This document shows, piece after piece, positions 33,842 through 44,643 of a stretch of 64,000 nucleotides of DNA (position 1 is its first letter; every line of letters starts with the position of its first letter). A program made the translations under genes and the position numbers. The DNA is from Methanothermococcus sp. Ax23. GTDB taxonomy: Archaea > AGJL01 > Methanococci > Methanococcales > Methanococcaceae. Under the pieces are notes generated by a model. It was not told where the DNA came from. It saw only the letters and a program-made list of their open reading frames with translations, and searched no databases. The stretch lies in contig NZ_CP157522.1 of NCBI RefSeq assembly GCF_049075655.1, positions 1,472,001-1,536,000 on the forward strand, in the 5' to 3' direction.

Positions 33842-34837
33842 ATGGATAAAACAAATCAAAACAGCAACAAATACATTCCAGAGGAAATTTACAATATTTT
33901 GAGAAAACAGCACTATCAAATAAAAGACCACAGTGCTGTTAAATTGTGCGGATGGGTGAGAAAATCACTTCTTGAAAACAAAAACTGCTATAAATCAAAG
34001 TTTTACGGAATAGCAACCCATAGATGCATCCAATGCACACCGTCAGCAATTTGGTGTCAGCAGAGCTGTATATTCTGTTGGAGGGTTCTCCCAGCTGATT
34101 TAAATAAATACGATAACACCAATAACCAAAATATTGGCTATAAACTGCCAGAATGGAAAGAACCTGAGGAGGTAATGAACGATATTTTTGAAATGCATAG
34201 AACCATTATAATGGGGTATAAAGGCATACTGGACAGGATAGGGGAAGAGAAATTTAGTGAAGCCATAAATCCAAAGCATGTGGCCATATCCCTATCAGGG
34301 GAGCCAACAGTTTATCCCTATTTAAAGGAATTAATTGAGTTATTCCATAAAAAAGGTTTATCAACATTTGTGGTGTCAAATGGAATATTAACCGATGTGA
34401 TAGCAGAAATAAACCCAACACAGTTATATGTTTCACTTGATGCCTATGATTTGGACAGCTATAAAAAAATATGCGGCGGAAAGGAAGCTCAGTGGGAAAA
34501 GATACTAAATACTCTCGATATACTCGAATCCAAAAAAAGAACCTGTTTAAGAACTACATTAATAAGAAACTACAACGATGACATAAAAAAATTCGTTCCA
34601 CTCTATGAAAGGGCAAATACAAACTTCATAGAATTAAAATCTTATATGAATGTTGGATATTCGAGAAAAAGATTGAATCTTGACGACATGCTCAAACATG
34701 ATGAAATAATCAATTTGAGTAAAACTCTTGAAGAAAACAGCTTCTACAAACTTGAAGATGATTCATTTGACAGTAGGGTATCCCTTCTTGTAAATGAAAA
34801 TAGGAGGATAAATCCAAAAATTAAATTTGATTATTAA
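33842..34837 (+). CDS. taw1: 4-demethylwyosine synthase (radical SAM); true start 33842
   Basis: HSAVKLCGW, CYKSKFYGI, CQQSCIFCWR, HVAISLSGEPT. Confidence 0.93.
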   Translation: MDKTNQNSNKYIPEEIYNILRKQHYQIKDHSAVKLCGWVRKSLLENKNCYKSKFYGIATHRCIQCTPSAIWCQQSCIFCWRVLPADLNKYDNTNNQNIGYKLPEWKEPEEVMNDIFEMHRTIIMGYKGILDRIGEEKFSEAINPKHVAISLSGEPTVYPYLKELIELFHKKGLSTFVVSNGILTDVIAEINPTQLYVSLDAYDLDSYKKICGGKEAQWEKILNTLDILESKKRTCLRTTLIRNYNDDIKKFVPLYERANTNFIELKSYMNVGYSRKRLNLDDMLKHDEIINLSKTLEENSFYKLEDDSFDSRVSLLVNENRRINPKIKFDY

Positions 34838-35626
<789 letters not shown>

Positions 35627-35638
35627 TTAATAATAATA

Positions 35639-35774
35639 TAAGTTTCTTACGAAACCTTGTAATCTGCAATAATCACTTCGTGATTATCGACCTACAAAGT
35701 CTCTTACGAGACTTTGTAATCCGTAAAATTCCTTCGGAATTTTAACCTACAAGGTTTCTTACGAAACCTTGTAG
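35639..35774. repeat. Array of five alternating hairpins between convergent pstK and mcm; the last overlaps the mcm stop codon
   Basis: CTTACG-loop stems alternate with CTTCG-loop stems; period about 55 bp. Confidence 0.9.
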
Positions 35775-37924
35775 TATCCAAACTTTGGGGAGTATATATC
35801 AGCACTCTTTTTTAATTTTTCAAGTATGTCTTCAACTTCTTTTTCTGATATGTTGTATTCTGATGCCTTTTCAACAATATCCTCTTCATAAGCTAATCCA
35901 TTATCTGATAATACAGATAATTCCCTTATTATATCCACTATTTTATCCATTTTATCGACTTTTGATTTAGGGAGCTGACCCATTGCCTTTCCTATGTCGT
36001 ATTTTCCAGTTTCTGGGTCGTAAGCAACCTGATTTAAACACTCTTCAATAATATCTATGGCAATTTTTGCATCCTTTTCTTCAACCTTTTTTGATAATCT
36101 TGCCTTTGCGTGCATCTCTGAAATTCTTATTGCCGCTTCCAGCTGTCTGGCAGTCACAGGTATTGGATTGTCCCCTTCCCCCAACCTCCTCATATTTACA
36201 TAATAATCTTTTATTAGTTTTTTTGCAGATTTTGTTAAATAAGGATTCTTTAACTTTGTTTCATCAACTTCCCCCATAAACAGCGAATGATTATCTTCAA
36301 AGTATGCACAGGTTCGAGAGTAGATTATATAATTCTTTATCAGGTTTTCATCTACCTTTATTCCATCTATATTAATAGAACCGAGTATTTTATAGTCTTT
36401 AACTGCTGTTTCTATGTGGGTGTTTAAAATATGTTCGGCTATTTCTTCATCCCTCTTTCTATCTGGAATGTCTTTTAGTGGAAATATTAAATCAAACCTA
36501 CTTAGAAGTGGAGATGGAACATTTATCTGTTCTATCACCCCTAAATTTGGGTCGAACCTTCCACGCTTTGGATTACATGCTGCAAGAACAGCACATTTTG
36601 CGGGAAGTTTTACATTTATGCCTCCCTTATTTACGTGAATTGTCTGGGACTCCATGGCTTCAAGGATAAACTTCATTACATTTTTATCCACAGTGAGCTC
36701 ATCTATACAGGCAGTCCCTTCATTAGCCCTAACAAAGACACCAGGCTTTACAACCCATCCATCCCCTATTTCTGTGCTTTCCCTTACAACATTTGCTGTA
36801 AGACCTCCACCTGTTGCAGTGGTAACGGATGCATAGGCATTCTGTGGAAACAATCTTGCTATCTTCCTTAACATTGTAGATTTACCAATCCCGGGGTCTG
36901 TGATTAAAAGTATGTGGCTGTCCTTTCTTAACTGTGAGCCGTCGGGAAGAAACTTTGTGCATCCCTTTATCTGCTGTAAAAATATTGCCTTCTTTACGAG
37001 CTCATATCCCTTAATTTGAGGTATAAGATACTGGGATAAAATATCCACTATATTTTTTTTCTTCCCTAATTCGTTCAATATTTCCATCAAATCGTAATTA
37101 TTTATAATGTCCCTTACTTCTATTTTTTGGAAGCTCTCATTTAATTTTATTCTGTTGCTTTTAACATATATTTCAAAAACAGGCATATTTGGTTTTGTGA
37201 ATTTTTTCATAACTGTTCCAACAACATCCACTCTTCCGGAGTATATTCCCTCAGAGTTCTCAAGAAACGCCCTAATACTCCTTGGTGGGTCGTCAGGGTT
37301 TTTCATAAGGTCTATGGGTTGTTGGATTTCCAACTCTTGTATATTTATATAGGTGGAACTATCTAAATCAAGAGACATTTCAGCTCCACAGTTTTTATTG
37401 TTGCAGAACATCTTTGGAAAGGTAAAATAATCGTGTATAGTTTTATACTGTATATTTCCGCAGTTTCTACATACAAAACATGCTTTTTTTAACAATGCAC
37501 AGACTTTTGCCGCTTTTATTATGTTTCCTTCAAATTTTACAAGTTTATTAATATCCGAGGAGTTTATCTCATCTATCTTTTTTTCGCATCCAAGGGGTCT
37601 TTTAAATGCTATTTGGATTTTTTCCAATTCCTTTCTTATTTTATTGTCATCTCCAAAGAGCTCCATGTATGCTTCTTTAAATATGTAAAAAATAGTTCCT
37701 TCAACCTTTGTAGGATTTTCTATGATTATATCGTTTATTTCGCAAATTTCAGGATAACTGCTTAAAAAATCTTCTATATCAAACTCAAAAATATTATTTT
37801 CAATAAAATTTGATGAAAGATTTGTTTTTATATGCTGTTTTATTTTATCGCCATATGTATTTAGAAAATGCTCTTCATCGAATTCTAAATAATCCAATTC
37901 TTTATTCATAATATCCCTTGGCAT
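35759..37924 (-). CDS. mcm: MCM helicase (McmD-like paralog)
   Basis: CRNC...CNNKNC Zn finger, TDPGIGKS, CIDE, LLSRFD, TARQLE. Confidence 0.92.
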   Translation of the reverse strand: MPRDIMNKELDYLEFDEEHFLNTYGDKIKQHIKTNLSSNFIENNIFEFDIEDFLSSYPEICEINDIIIENPTKVEGTIFYIFKEAYMELFGDDNKIRKELEKIQIAFKRPLGCEKKIDEINSSDINKLVKFEGNIIKAAKVCALLKKACFVCRNCGNIQYKTIHDYFTFPKMFCNNKNCGAEMSLDLDSSTYINIQELEIQQPIDLMKNPDDPPRSIRAFLENSEGIYSGRVDVVGTVMKKFTKPNMPVFEIYVKSNRIKLNESFQKIEVRDIINNYDLMEILNELGKKKNIVDILSQYLIPQIKGYELVKKAIFLQQIKGCTKFLPDGSQLRKDSHILLITDPGIGKSTMLRKIARLFPQNAYASVTTATGGGLTANVVRESTEIGDGWVVKPGVFVRANEGTACIDELTVDKNVMKFILEAMESQTIHVNKGGINVKLPAKCAVLAACNPKRGRFDPNLGVIEQINVPSPLLSRFDLIFPLKDIPDRKRDEEIAEHILNTHIETAVKDYKILGSINIDGIKVDENLIKNYIIYSRTCAYFEDNHSLFMGEVDETKLKNPYLTKSAKKLIKDYYVNMRRLGEGDNPIPVTARQLEAAIRISEMHAKARLSKKVEEKDAKIAIDIIEECLNQVAYDPETGKYDIGKAMGQLPKSKVDKMDKIVDIIRELSVLSDNGLAYEEDIVEKASEYNISEKEVEDILEKLKKSADIYSPKFGYYKVS

Positions 37925-37938
37925 TCTATATATTCCAT

Positions 37939-38445
37939 TTATGGATTTTTAAATTCTAAATTTTTAAGTTTAAAAACGAGCTCCTTTAAATCTTCAATAT
38001 TTTTAACCTTTATGTCCTTTTTTTGAGGGAATTTTAATATAACCTCATCAAATAAATTCGTGTTCATGGGTTTTTTAATGAGGTAGTAATATCTCGATAT
38101 GCAATTTATTCTCGCAGTTATGAGCTCACTTAGATAATTTAAACAGGTATTTATATTATTCATATCGTCGGTAATTAAATAGCCTGATTTTTTTGATTTT
38201 AAAAATGCAATCCCAACAAGTATTTCTTCAAGTGGATACTTTATGAGCTCCTTTGATTTCTGCTGTTCCTTCTTTAATTCATAAAGAGATATTGCCAAAT
38301 CTTGAAGGCTGTCCCACTGTAAATCAAAATCAACATTTCCATTGTCTATATCTTCCTTTTTAAGTTTCCATAGTGGAACTTCCTTACCATCAACTATTAC
38401 TTCGTATTCCAGACATTTTTGGAATAATACTTCATAAACATCCAT
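37939..38445 (-). CDS. Conserved hypothetical protein, likely co-transcribed with mcm
   Basis: 168-aa ORF ending 14 bp upstream of mcm. Confidence 0.75.
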   Translation of the reverse strand: MDVYEVLFQKCLEYEVIVDGKEVPLWKLKKEDIDNGNVDFDLQWDSLQDLAISLYELKKEQQKSKELIKYPLEEILVGIAFLKSKKSGYLITDDMNNINTCLNYLSELITARINCISRYYYLIKKPMNTNLFDEVILKFPQKKDIKVKNIEDLKELVFKLKNLEFKNP

Positions 38446-38597
38446 GTTTTCACTGTTAAATTGTTATTAATAAAATTCACTGTTTGTAAATAGTTATTAC
38501 TTAGTGCTATTATAGGATATTGCCTATATTTATTAATTATATGTCGTAATTATATATTCTGCCAAGGGGTCTTCCCAATGTGAGTATTGGTGAGTTT

Positions 38598-39905
38598 TTA
38601 TACTTGTAAAAGAGCTCTACCATTTAAATCTACAATATAACTCACATCGGGATTGGGTGGCATCAATCTCAACTCTCCTCTGGGTTCATCGGAGAGTAAA
38701 TCATCGACCTTCACCCCAGTCACGGGAACCCCAACTCCGCCTAATAATTTTTCAACTAATTTAATTCCTCTTTTAAATACATTAAAACAACCAACAAATT
38801 GCCTATTAAAATCCCCACAATTATTGCATTTAACAACCTCCCCCTCTTGGGACTCCATTCTACTCCCGCATACGGGACAGGTTTTTGAAGTGTAGTGGGG
38901 ATTAACATAAACAACAACACTCTTATACTCTAATTTCCCAGCTATTCTTCTCCAATTACTTCTATCTAAATCCCTATTGAATTTAGAGTTTTTACCATAC
39001 ATGTTAAACTTATCTAAATCTTCAAATACTAAAATTGCATTAGGAAAGAGTTTAGATAGTTGGGAAGTGAGTTTGTTAATAAAATCATTAACTCGATTTT
39101 TTCTCCTATTCCAGTATTTTCTAAGTAGTTTGCTAATCCTCTTAGGGGCTTTTTTATAGATTGATTTTAACCTATCGATTATTACATCATAAATCCCCTT
39201 AATCCTATGCAATTCAGACAAATCAACTCTAATCCAACCTTTTTCTGAGTGATATAAGTCCAATGACTTTAAATTACTATCAATTCCAATAATTACTTCC
39301 TTATCAGATAAATCCAACTGTCTTTTGAAGGTTATTAATGCCTCATTATCCTTTAAAATAACCTCTCCAACATTAAAGTTCTTAATTTTTTCGTAGAACC
39401 ACGCATCCTTAATATTTAAAACCAAATACTCCTTTCTCGGTTTTATGGTAATTCTTATATTTCCATTTTCTTTATCATGTCTTATTAGGGTGTTTTTAAC
39501 TCTAACAAAAGGTCTTTTGAATGTTGGTTTGTTTATTTCCCTGTTACCGTTTAAATAATTTGATTTCCAACTGTTTATTGTAGAGTAGGCGGTTTTAATA
39601 GCTCCATCGATATAATGAGATGCAAACTCCCAACCTTTTAATGAGTGATTTCTTAACTCTCTTTTGAAATCTTTATCCTTTGGAATTTCTGGGATTAGTC
39701 GAGTAGTTTTGTAGTATTTGTATTTCTTTCCTACTTTGTATCGATGTTTAATTGTCTTTTCTTTCCAATTTATATTTTTCCAAATAATATTAATGGCTTC
39801 ATTTAAGATTTTTAGAAATTCTTCTGGTAGGTTTTTTAAATCGTAATTGTGTTTAACTTTGTATGTTAGGATAATTTCGGTTGGGATTTTGTTTTTATTT
39901 GGCAT
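38598..39905 (-). CDS. tnpB: IS607-associated TnpB
   Basis: IGIDSN, VFEDL, YTSKTCPVCG, CNNC; RuvC-III reads NRQ. Confidence 0.88.
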   Translation of the reverse strand: MPNKNKIPTEIILTYKVKHNYDLKNLPEEFLKILNEAINIIWKNINWKEKTIKHRYKVGKKYKYYKTTRLIPEIPKDKDFKRELRNHSLKGWEFASHYIDGAIKTAYSTINSWKSNYLNGNREINKPTFKRPFVRVKNTLIRHDKENGNIRITIKPRKEYLVLNIKDAWFYEKIKNFNVGEVILKDNEALITFKRQLDLSDKEVIIGIDSNLKSLDLYHSEKGWIRVDLSELHRIKGIYDVIIDRLKSIYKKAPKRISKLLRKYWNRRKNRVNDFINKLTSQLSKLFPNAILVFEDLDKFNMYGKNSKFNRDLDRSNWRRIAGKLEYKSVVVYVNPHYTSKTCPVCGSRMESQEGEVVKCNNCGDFNRQFVGCFNVFKRGIKLVEKLLGGVGVPVTGVKVDDLLSDEPRGELRLMPPNPDVSYIVDLNGRALLQV

Positions 39906-40524
39906 TATCCACCCTTATGATTTCTTTAATTGTTTTGATAAGCTTTTTATACTTGTGAGAACGCATTCCCTAAAGCTTTCCTGCAAAGTGGGAAACAATT
40001 GTTATTAAATCTTCAACCAATTCTTCTTGTGGGGTCTTCTGTCGTTTGTTTATAATTACAATTTCAGTCCCATAAGATTTAAAAAACTCTTTTAACGTTT
40101 CAAAACCAAATCTCGTCAATCTATCTGAGTAAGTAATTATTACTTTCTCAACCTCTCGGTTTATAACCATTTTTAAAAGTTTTTTGTAGTTTTTCCTCTT
40201 TTCATTTAATCCACTACCAATATCTTTTAATATTTCCACATTCCAATTTAAATCTCTTGCGTATGATTTTATCATGTCTATTTGTCTTTCTAAATCATCC
40301 TTTTGTGTATTTGATGATACTCTTACATATCCGATAATTTTTCTTTGTTCTTTGTCTTTAATTCCTAAGATTCGTTTTATCTCACTCTCTGGAACTCTTC
40401 TCTTTCCTCCTATGGTTCTAACACATTTAATTTTTCCCTCCCTATCCCATTTTTGCAGTGTTTTTATATGAACTCCCAACAATTCACAAGCTTCCTTCAT
40501 CGTATATACTCTTTCTAAACTCAC
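39895..40524 (-). pseudogene. tnpA: IS607 TnpA (MerR-HTH serine recombinase) with a premature TAG at 39970
   Basis: YVRVSS, DIGSGL, DRLTRFG; GKL*GMRSHKYK where the family has LYG.RS. Confidence 0.85.
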
Positions 40525-40634
40525 ATTTACTCACCAATAATAACTAACACTCATCTAATATATAACAGTTTCGGAAGGTATATATGATTTTATTTTTATG
40601 TTATTCTGTGATATAACTTCAATCTGACTTATAA

Positions 40635-40967
40635 CTAATCTCGTATTATTTTAACTCCGTTCTTTTTAGCCAATTCCTGTGCAGGTTTTGTAAATTTAAC
40701 CCTTTTACTAACGTGGAACACAGGTTTTGCCCTAATTTTATTTGATTTTTTAATGTGTTTTTCTACATCCGCACTTGTTAATGTTTGTTTTCCGCTTTTA
40801 ACTTCAATAGAGTATTTTTTATTGCCCCTTTTTGTTATTATATCATATTCTGCTTTTTTATGTTGATTCAATCTTTTAACTGAATTTCGTTCTAATATTT
40901 TGTGCCCCGATTTTTTTAATTTGTTAGCTACAATACTTTCTTTTTTACTTCCTTTTCTTTTTGCCAT
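40635..40967 (-). CDS. Small basic PD-(D/E)XK nuclease (YraN/Mrr_cat/Hjc-like)
   Basis: E...ILERN...EYDII...IEVK; FT..A.ELAKKNGV. Confidence 0.65.
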   Translation of the reverse strand: MAKRKGSKKESIVANKLKKSGHKILERNSVKRLNQHKKAEYDIITKRGNKKYSIEVKSGKQTLTSADVEKHIKKSNKIRAKPVFHVSKRVKFTKPAQELAKKNGVKIIRD

Positions 40968-41079
40968 ATTATCACTTAAAAAATAAAAATAAATAAAAAT
41001 ACATAATTTTCCTTGGCTAAAACTAAAATAAATATAAGCAGTAATATGTTTTATATTTATTGCATATTATATTTGCATT

Positions 41080-41481
41080 TTATCCAAAAAATAGGTTTAT
41101 TTCCCTTTCCGCACTTTCTTTTGAATCCGATGCATGCACTAAATTATCCGGCGTGGAATATGCAAAGTCTCCCCTTATGGTTCCAGCATCTGCTTCCAAA
41201 GGATTTGTTTTTCCAATCATTTTTCTAACAACAGAAATGGCATTTTCCCCTTCAATTACCATTGTCACAACTCTTCCTGATGTCATAAAATTTACAAGTC
41301 TTTCATAATAATCCCTGCCTTTGTGTTCTTCGTAGTGTCTCTCTGCGAGCTCCCGCGAAATTGTCAGCATCTTCATATCTAATATATCAAATCCCTTGTC
41401 TTCAAATCTCTGGATAATTCTACCCACAAGCTTTCTCCTAACTGCATCAGGTTTTAACATGACAAAAGTTTTTTCTTTCAT
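41080..41481 (-). CDS. ndk: Nucleoside diphosphate kinase (start MKEKTF)
   Basis: KPDAV, GTIRGDF, NLVHASDS. Confidence 0.97.
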   Translation of the reverse strand: MKEKTFVMLKPDAVRRKLVGRIIQRFEDKGFDILDMKMLTISRELAERHYEEHKGRDYYERLVNFMTSGRVVTMVIEGENAISVVRKMIGKTNPLEADAGTIRGDFAYSTPDNLVHASDSKESAEREINLFFG

Positions 41482-41612
41482 AACGCCCCTCCATATAAAA
41501 CTATAACTATAAAATAGCAAAATTAAAAATACCAAAATACCATAAAATAATATAAAGTATGTATGATATATAAGAGTTGTCAAAAATATACAACAACATA
41601 TATGGTGAAATC

Positions 41613-42083
41613 ATGATATGTATAATCATGGGAAGTGAAAGTGATTTAAAAATTGCTGAAAAAGGAGTAAATATTTTAAAAGAATTTGGCGTAGATTTCG
41701 AAGTAAGAGTAGCCTCTGCTCATAGAACACCTGAGCTCGTAGAAGATATTATTAAAAACAGTGATGCAAAGGTATTCATAGCAATTGCAGGACTTGCGGC
41801 ACACCTTCCTGGTGTTGTGGCGGCATTAACAACAAAACCAGTAATTGCAGTTCCTGTTGAAAGCAAACTTGATGGAATGGATGCTCTTTTAAGCTGTGTT
41901 CAGATGCCTCCAGGAATACCTACTGCAACAGTTGGAATCGATAGAGGAGATAATGCGGCAATTTTAGCTGTTGAGATGCTCGCTATATCGGATGAAGAAC
42001 TATCAAAAAAATTAAAGGAATTCAGAGAAAAACAGAAAGAAAAGGTTATGAAATCAGATGAAAAAGTTAGAAACTTATTCTAA
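41613..42083 (+). CDS. purE: N5-CAIR mutase
   Basis: IMGSESD, SAHRTP, AAHLPG, QMPPGIP. Confidence 0.97.
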   Translation: MICIIMGSESDLKIAEKGVNILKEFGVDFEVRVASAHRTPELVEDIIKNSDAKVFIAIAGLAAHLPGVVAALTTKPVIAVPVESKLDGMDALLSCVQMPPGIPTATVGIDRGDNAAILAVEMLAISDEELSKKLKEFREKQKEKVMKSDEKVRNLF

Positions 42084-42229
42084 TTGGTTTTTTATAAGCT
42101 AATAATTTTTTAATTTTTAATATATTTGTTAATATAAATTTAATATTGCAATATAGCATATTTCCGATTATGGTAATTTCAATTATATTTCGAGTATATT
42201 ATGATTATATTACGATTATTACTGTTTAT

Positions 42230-42541
42230 GGGGTCTGTCCAATGTGAGCGTTGGTTAGTAAATGCTCACATTGGACTTGGGCGTCATCAACCTCATCTCC
42301 CTCTGGGTTCATTGGGAGCATGTCATCAGTCTCCTCCCCTGTCGTGGGGACCCCAGCTCCACCCATCAATTCGACAATTTGTTGGATGTTTTAACATGTT
42401 TAAAAGAGGTTTAGGAAAGTCTTGGGGTTGATTAGATTGACACTATAAACTATGCATGAAAACACTATATAAACATTTCGAAAACTAAATGCTCCCATAC
42501 ACTCACAAATACTCACAAAAAACTAAACAGTTTTAAACGGC
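42230..42541 (-). mobile_element. Miniature non-autonomous IS607 derivative carrying the tnpB 3'/omegaRNA region
   Basis: 42230-42362 is homologous to 38566-38740; ACTCAC repeats near 42500; short tnpB fragment RQFVGCFNMFKRG. Confidence 0.75.
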
Positions 42542-42586
42542 TTAATTTTAATCTAATTTATTATCTATAAACTATATGGTGGAATT

Positions 42587-43867
42587 ATGACTCAAATGAC
42601 TGATGCCAAAAATAATATAATTACAAAAGAAATTGAATTTGTGGCAAAAGAAGAAAGGATGAATCCAGAAAAGTTAAGAAAACTAATAGCAAAAGGATAT
42701 GTTGTGATACCTAAAAACATTCATAGGAACACAAAACCAGTAGGAATTGGAGATAGCCTAAGAACAAAAGTAAATGTGAATATTGGAACATCCACTGACT
42801 GTGTAGATATAGATATGGAGATAAGAAAAACAAAAATAGCAAATAAATACGGTGCAGATGCCATTATGGATTTAAGCACAGGAGGGGATTTGCCAGAAAT
42901 AAGAAAAGCAATAATGGAAAATACTGATTTGCCCATAGGGACTGTTCCAATGTATGAAATAGGGGTGGAATCAAGGAAAAAATACGGTAGAGTAATCGAC
43001 ATGGATGAAGATATAATATTCAATGTTATAGAGAGGCAGGCAAAGGAAGGCGTAGATTTCATGACACTGCACTGCGGAATTACAAAAAACAGCGTAGAAT
43101 CCTTAAAAAACGATAAAAGAATTATGGGAGTTGTTAGTCGAGGAGGTGCCTTTTTAACAGCATACATTATGCACCATAACAAAGAAAACCCACTTTATGA
43201 ACAGTTTGATTATCTCCTTGAAATATTGAAGGAACATGATGTAACGCTAAGTTTAGGAGATGGAATGAGACCGGGGTGTTTATGCGACAATACAGATAGA
43301 CCCCAAATACATGAGCTCATAATATTGGGTGAGCTCGTAGATAGATGTAGGGAAGCGGGAGTTCAGGTAATGGTTGAAGGTCCCGGACATGTTCCATTAA
43401 ACAATGTGGAAACGAATATGAGAATCCAAAAATCACTATGCAAAAATGCTCCATTCTATGTATTGGGGCCTATTGTAACTGATTTAGCACCGGGATATGA
43501 CCATATTACATCTGCCATTGGAGGAGCTCTGGCGGCATACTGTGGTGCAAATTTCCTATGCTATGTTACGCCAGCTGAACACCTTAGATTAATGGATGAA
43601 AACGATGTAAAAGAAGGGCTCATAGCTTCAAAAATAGCAGCTCAGGCGGCTGATGTTGCAAGAGGAAATCCAATGGCATGGGAAAAGGAGAAGGAAATGG
43701 CTATTGCAAGGAAAAATCATGACTGGGAAAAACAGTTTGAATTATCCATTGACAAAGAAAAACCTAGAAAAATGAGAGAAGAATTACCATCTGCTGATGA
43801 GAAGGCATGTAGTGTTTGCGGTGAATTCTGTGCATTGTTAATGGTGGAAGAAGCCGGAAAACGATAA
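42587..43867 (+). CDS. thiC: Phosphomethylpyrimidine synthase
   Basis: KVNVNIGTS, MDLSTGG, VEGPGH, YDHI, CSVCGEFC. Confidence 0.96.
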   Translation: MTQMTDAKNNIITKEIEFVAKEERMNPEKLRKLIAKGYVVIPKNIHRNTKPVGIGDSLRTKVNVNIGTSTDCVDIDMEIRKTKIANKYGADAIMDLSTGGDLPEIRKAIMENTDLPIGTVPMYEIGVESRKKYGRVIDMDEDIIFNVIERQAKEGVDFMTLHCGITKNSVESLKNDKRIMGVVSRGGAFLTAYIMHHNKENPLYEQFDYLLEILKEHDVTLSLGDGMRPGCLCDNTDRPQIHELIILGELVDRCREAGVQVMVEGPGHVPLNNVETNMRIQKSLCKNAPFYVLGPIVTDLAPGYDHITSAIGGALAAYCGANFLCYVTPAEHLRLMDENDVKEGLIASKIAAQAADVARGNPMAWEKEKEMAIARKNHDWEKQFELSIDKEKPRKMREELPSADEKACSVCGEFCALLMVEEAGKR

Positions 43868-44059
43868 TTAATATCAATTTTGATTTTTAATAATATATTT
43901 TTGCTATTTTTTATTATTTTTATAATTATGCACTTTCATCCTTATTTTCAAATTTTTAATATTATTAATGTAAAACCTAAAATATAAATATTAAATATTA
44001 CTTAGTTTAAAAATTATAATAATAAATAATATATAATGATAAAATAAGGTTATTTTAAA

Positions 44060-44530
44060 ATATATGCTATTCTTGGATTTAATCTAAGGGGACGGTCTGA
44101 GAGATATATTTGAACCTAAATCAGGGAGGTCTATTTATGAATAATCTTTTAACTGTTATTTGCATGTTGATTTTTTGCTTGGAGATATTAAAGTTAAAGC
44201 TGTTAATGGTGTAAATTTTGAAATAAAAGAAGGTGAAACACTCTGCCTTATCGGTGAAAGCGGAAGTGGAAAATCAGTTTTGGACTTATCGATATTGAAG
44301 GACTAAAATTCTAAAAAATGGAGGTAAGTTAATATCAATTGAAAGTGAAAAGAAGGAAGGAAATGTTGCCAACCACCACTATAACGAAGAAATTGCAAAG
44401 GAGCTCCCTTTTTCAACGGCATTGATTTGGAAAAATTCAAAAAGATAGCGAATGAATGCAATTTAACATTTAAAATAGAAACTCTGGAATGCGAGAAGAT
44501 AAATCTGATGATTATTTGTGAAAAAGTTTG
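44060..44530 (+). pseudogene. Remnants of an Opp/Nik ABC permease C-terminus, an ABC ATPase N-terminus and a methyltransferase-like gene
   Basis: GFNL.GDGLRDIFEP; [27 protein letters not shown]; LKNGGKLISIE fragments. Confidence 0.65.
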
Positions 44531-44643
44531 TTGATATTTTAATTTATATTAAATAATGAATAATAAATAATAAATAGTATGTAATAATTTATATTAAATT
44601 ACCTAAAAATATTAATAAATTAAAAATTCATTTTGGTGATTAA

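Larger units (their letters stand above)
38566..40575 (-). mobile_element. IS607-family element (tnpA serine recombinase plus tnpB); left end uncertain
   Basis: Overlapping tnpA/tnpB; right end GGGGTC..CCAATGTGAG shared with the 42230 derivative. Confidence 0.88.

Noticed and set aside
35639-35774. CRISPR array
   Set aside because: Only about 2.5 units; the would-be spacers are themselves related hairpins; no leader or cas genes
39970-39972. Pyrrolysine/amber read-through in tnpA
   Set aside because: Methanococcales lack the pyl system; a TAY-to-TAG nonsense mutation is simpler
42201-42431. 76-aa ORF
   Set aside because: Spurious frame across the IS607 miniature
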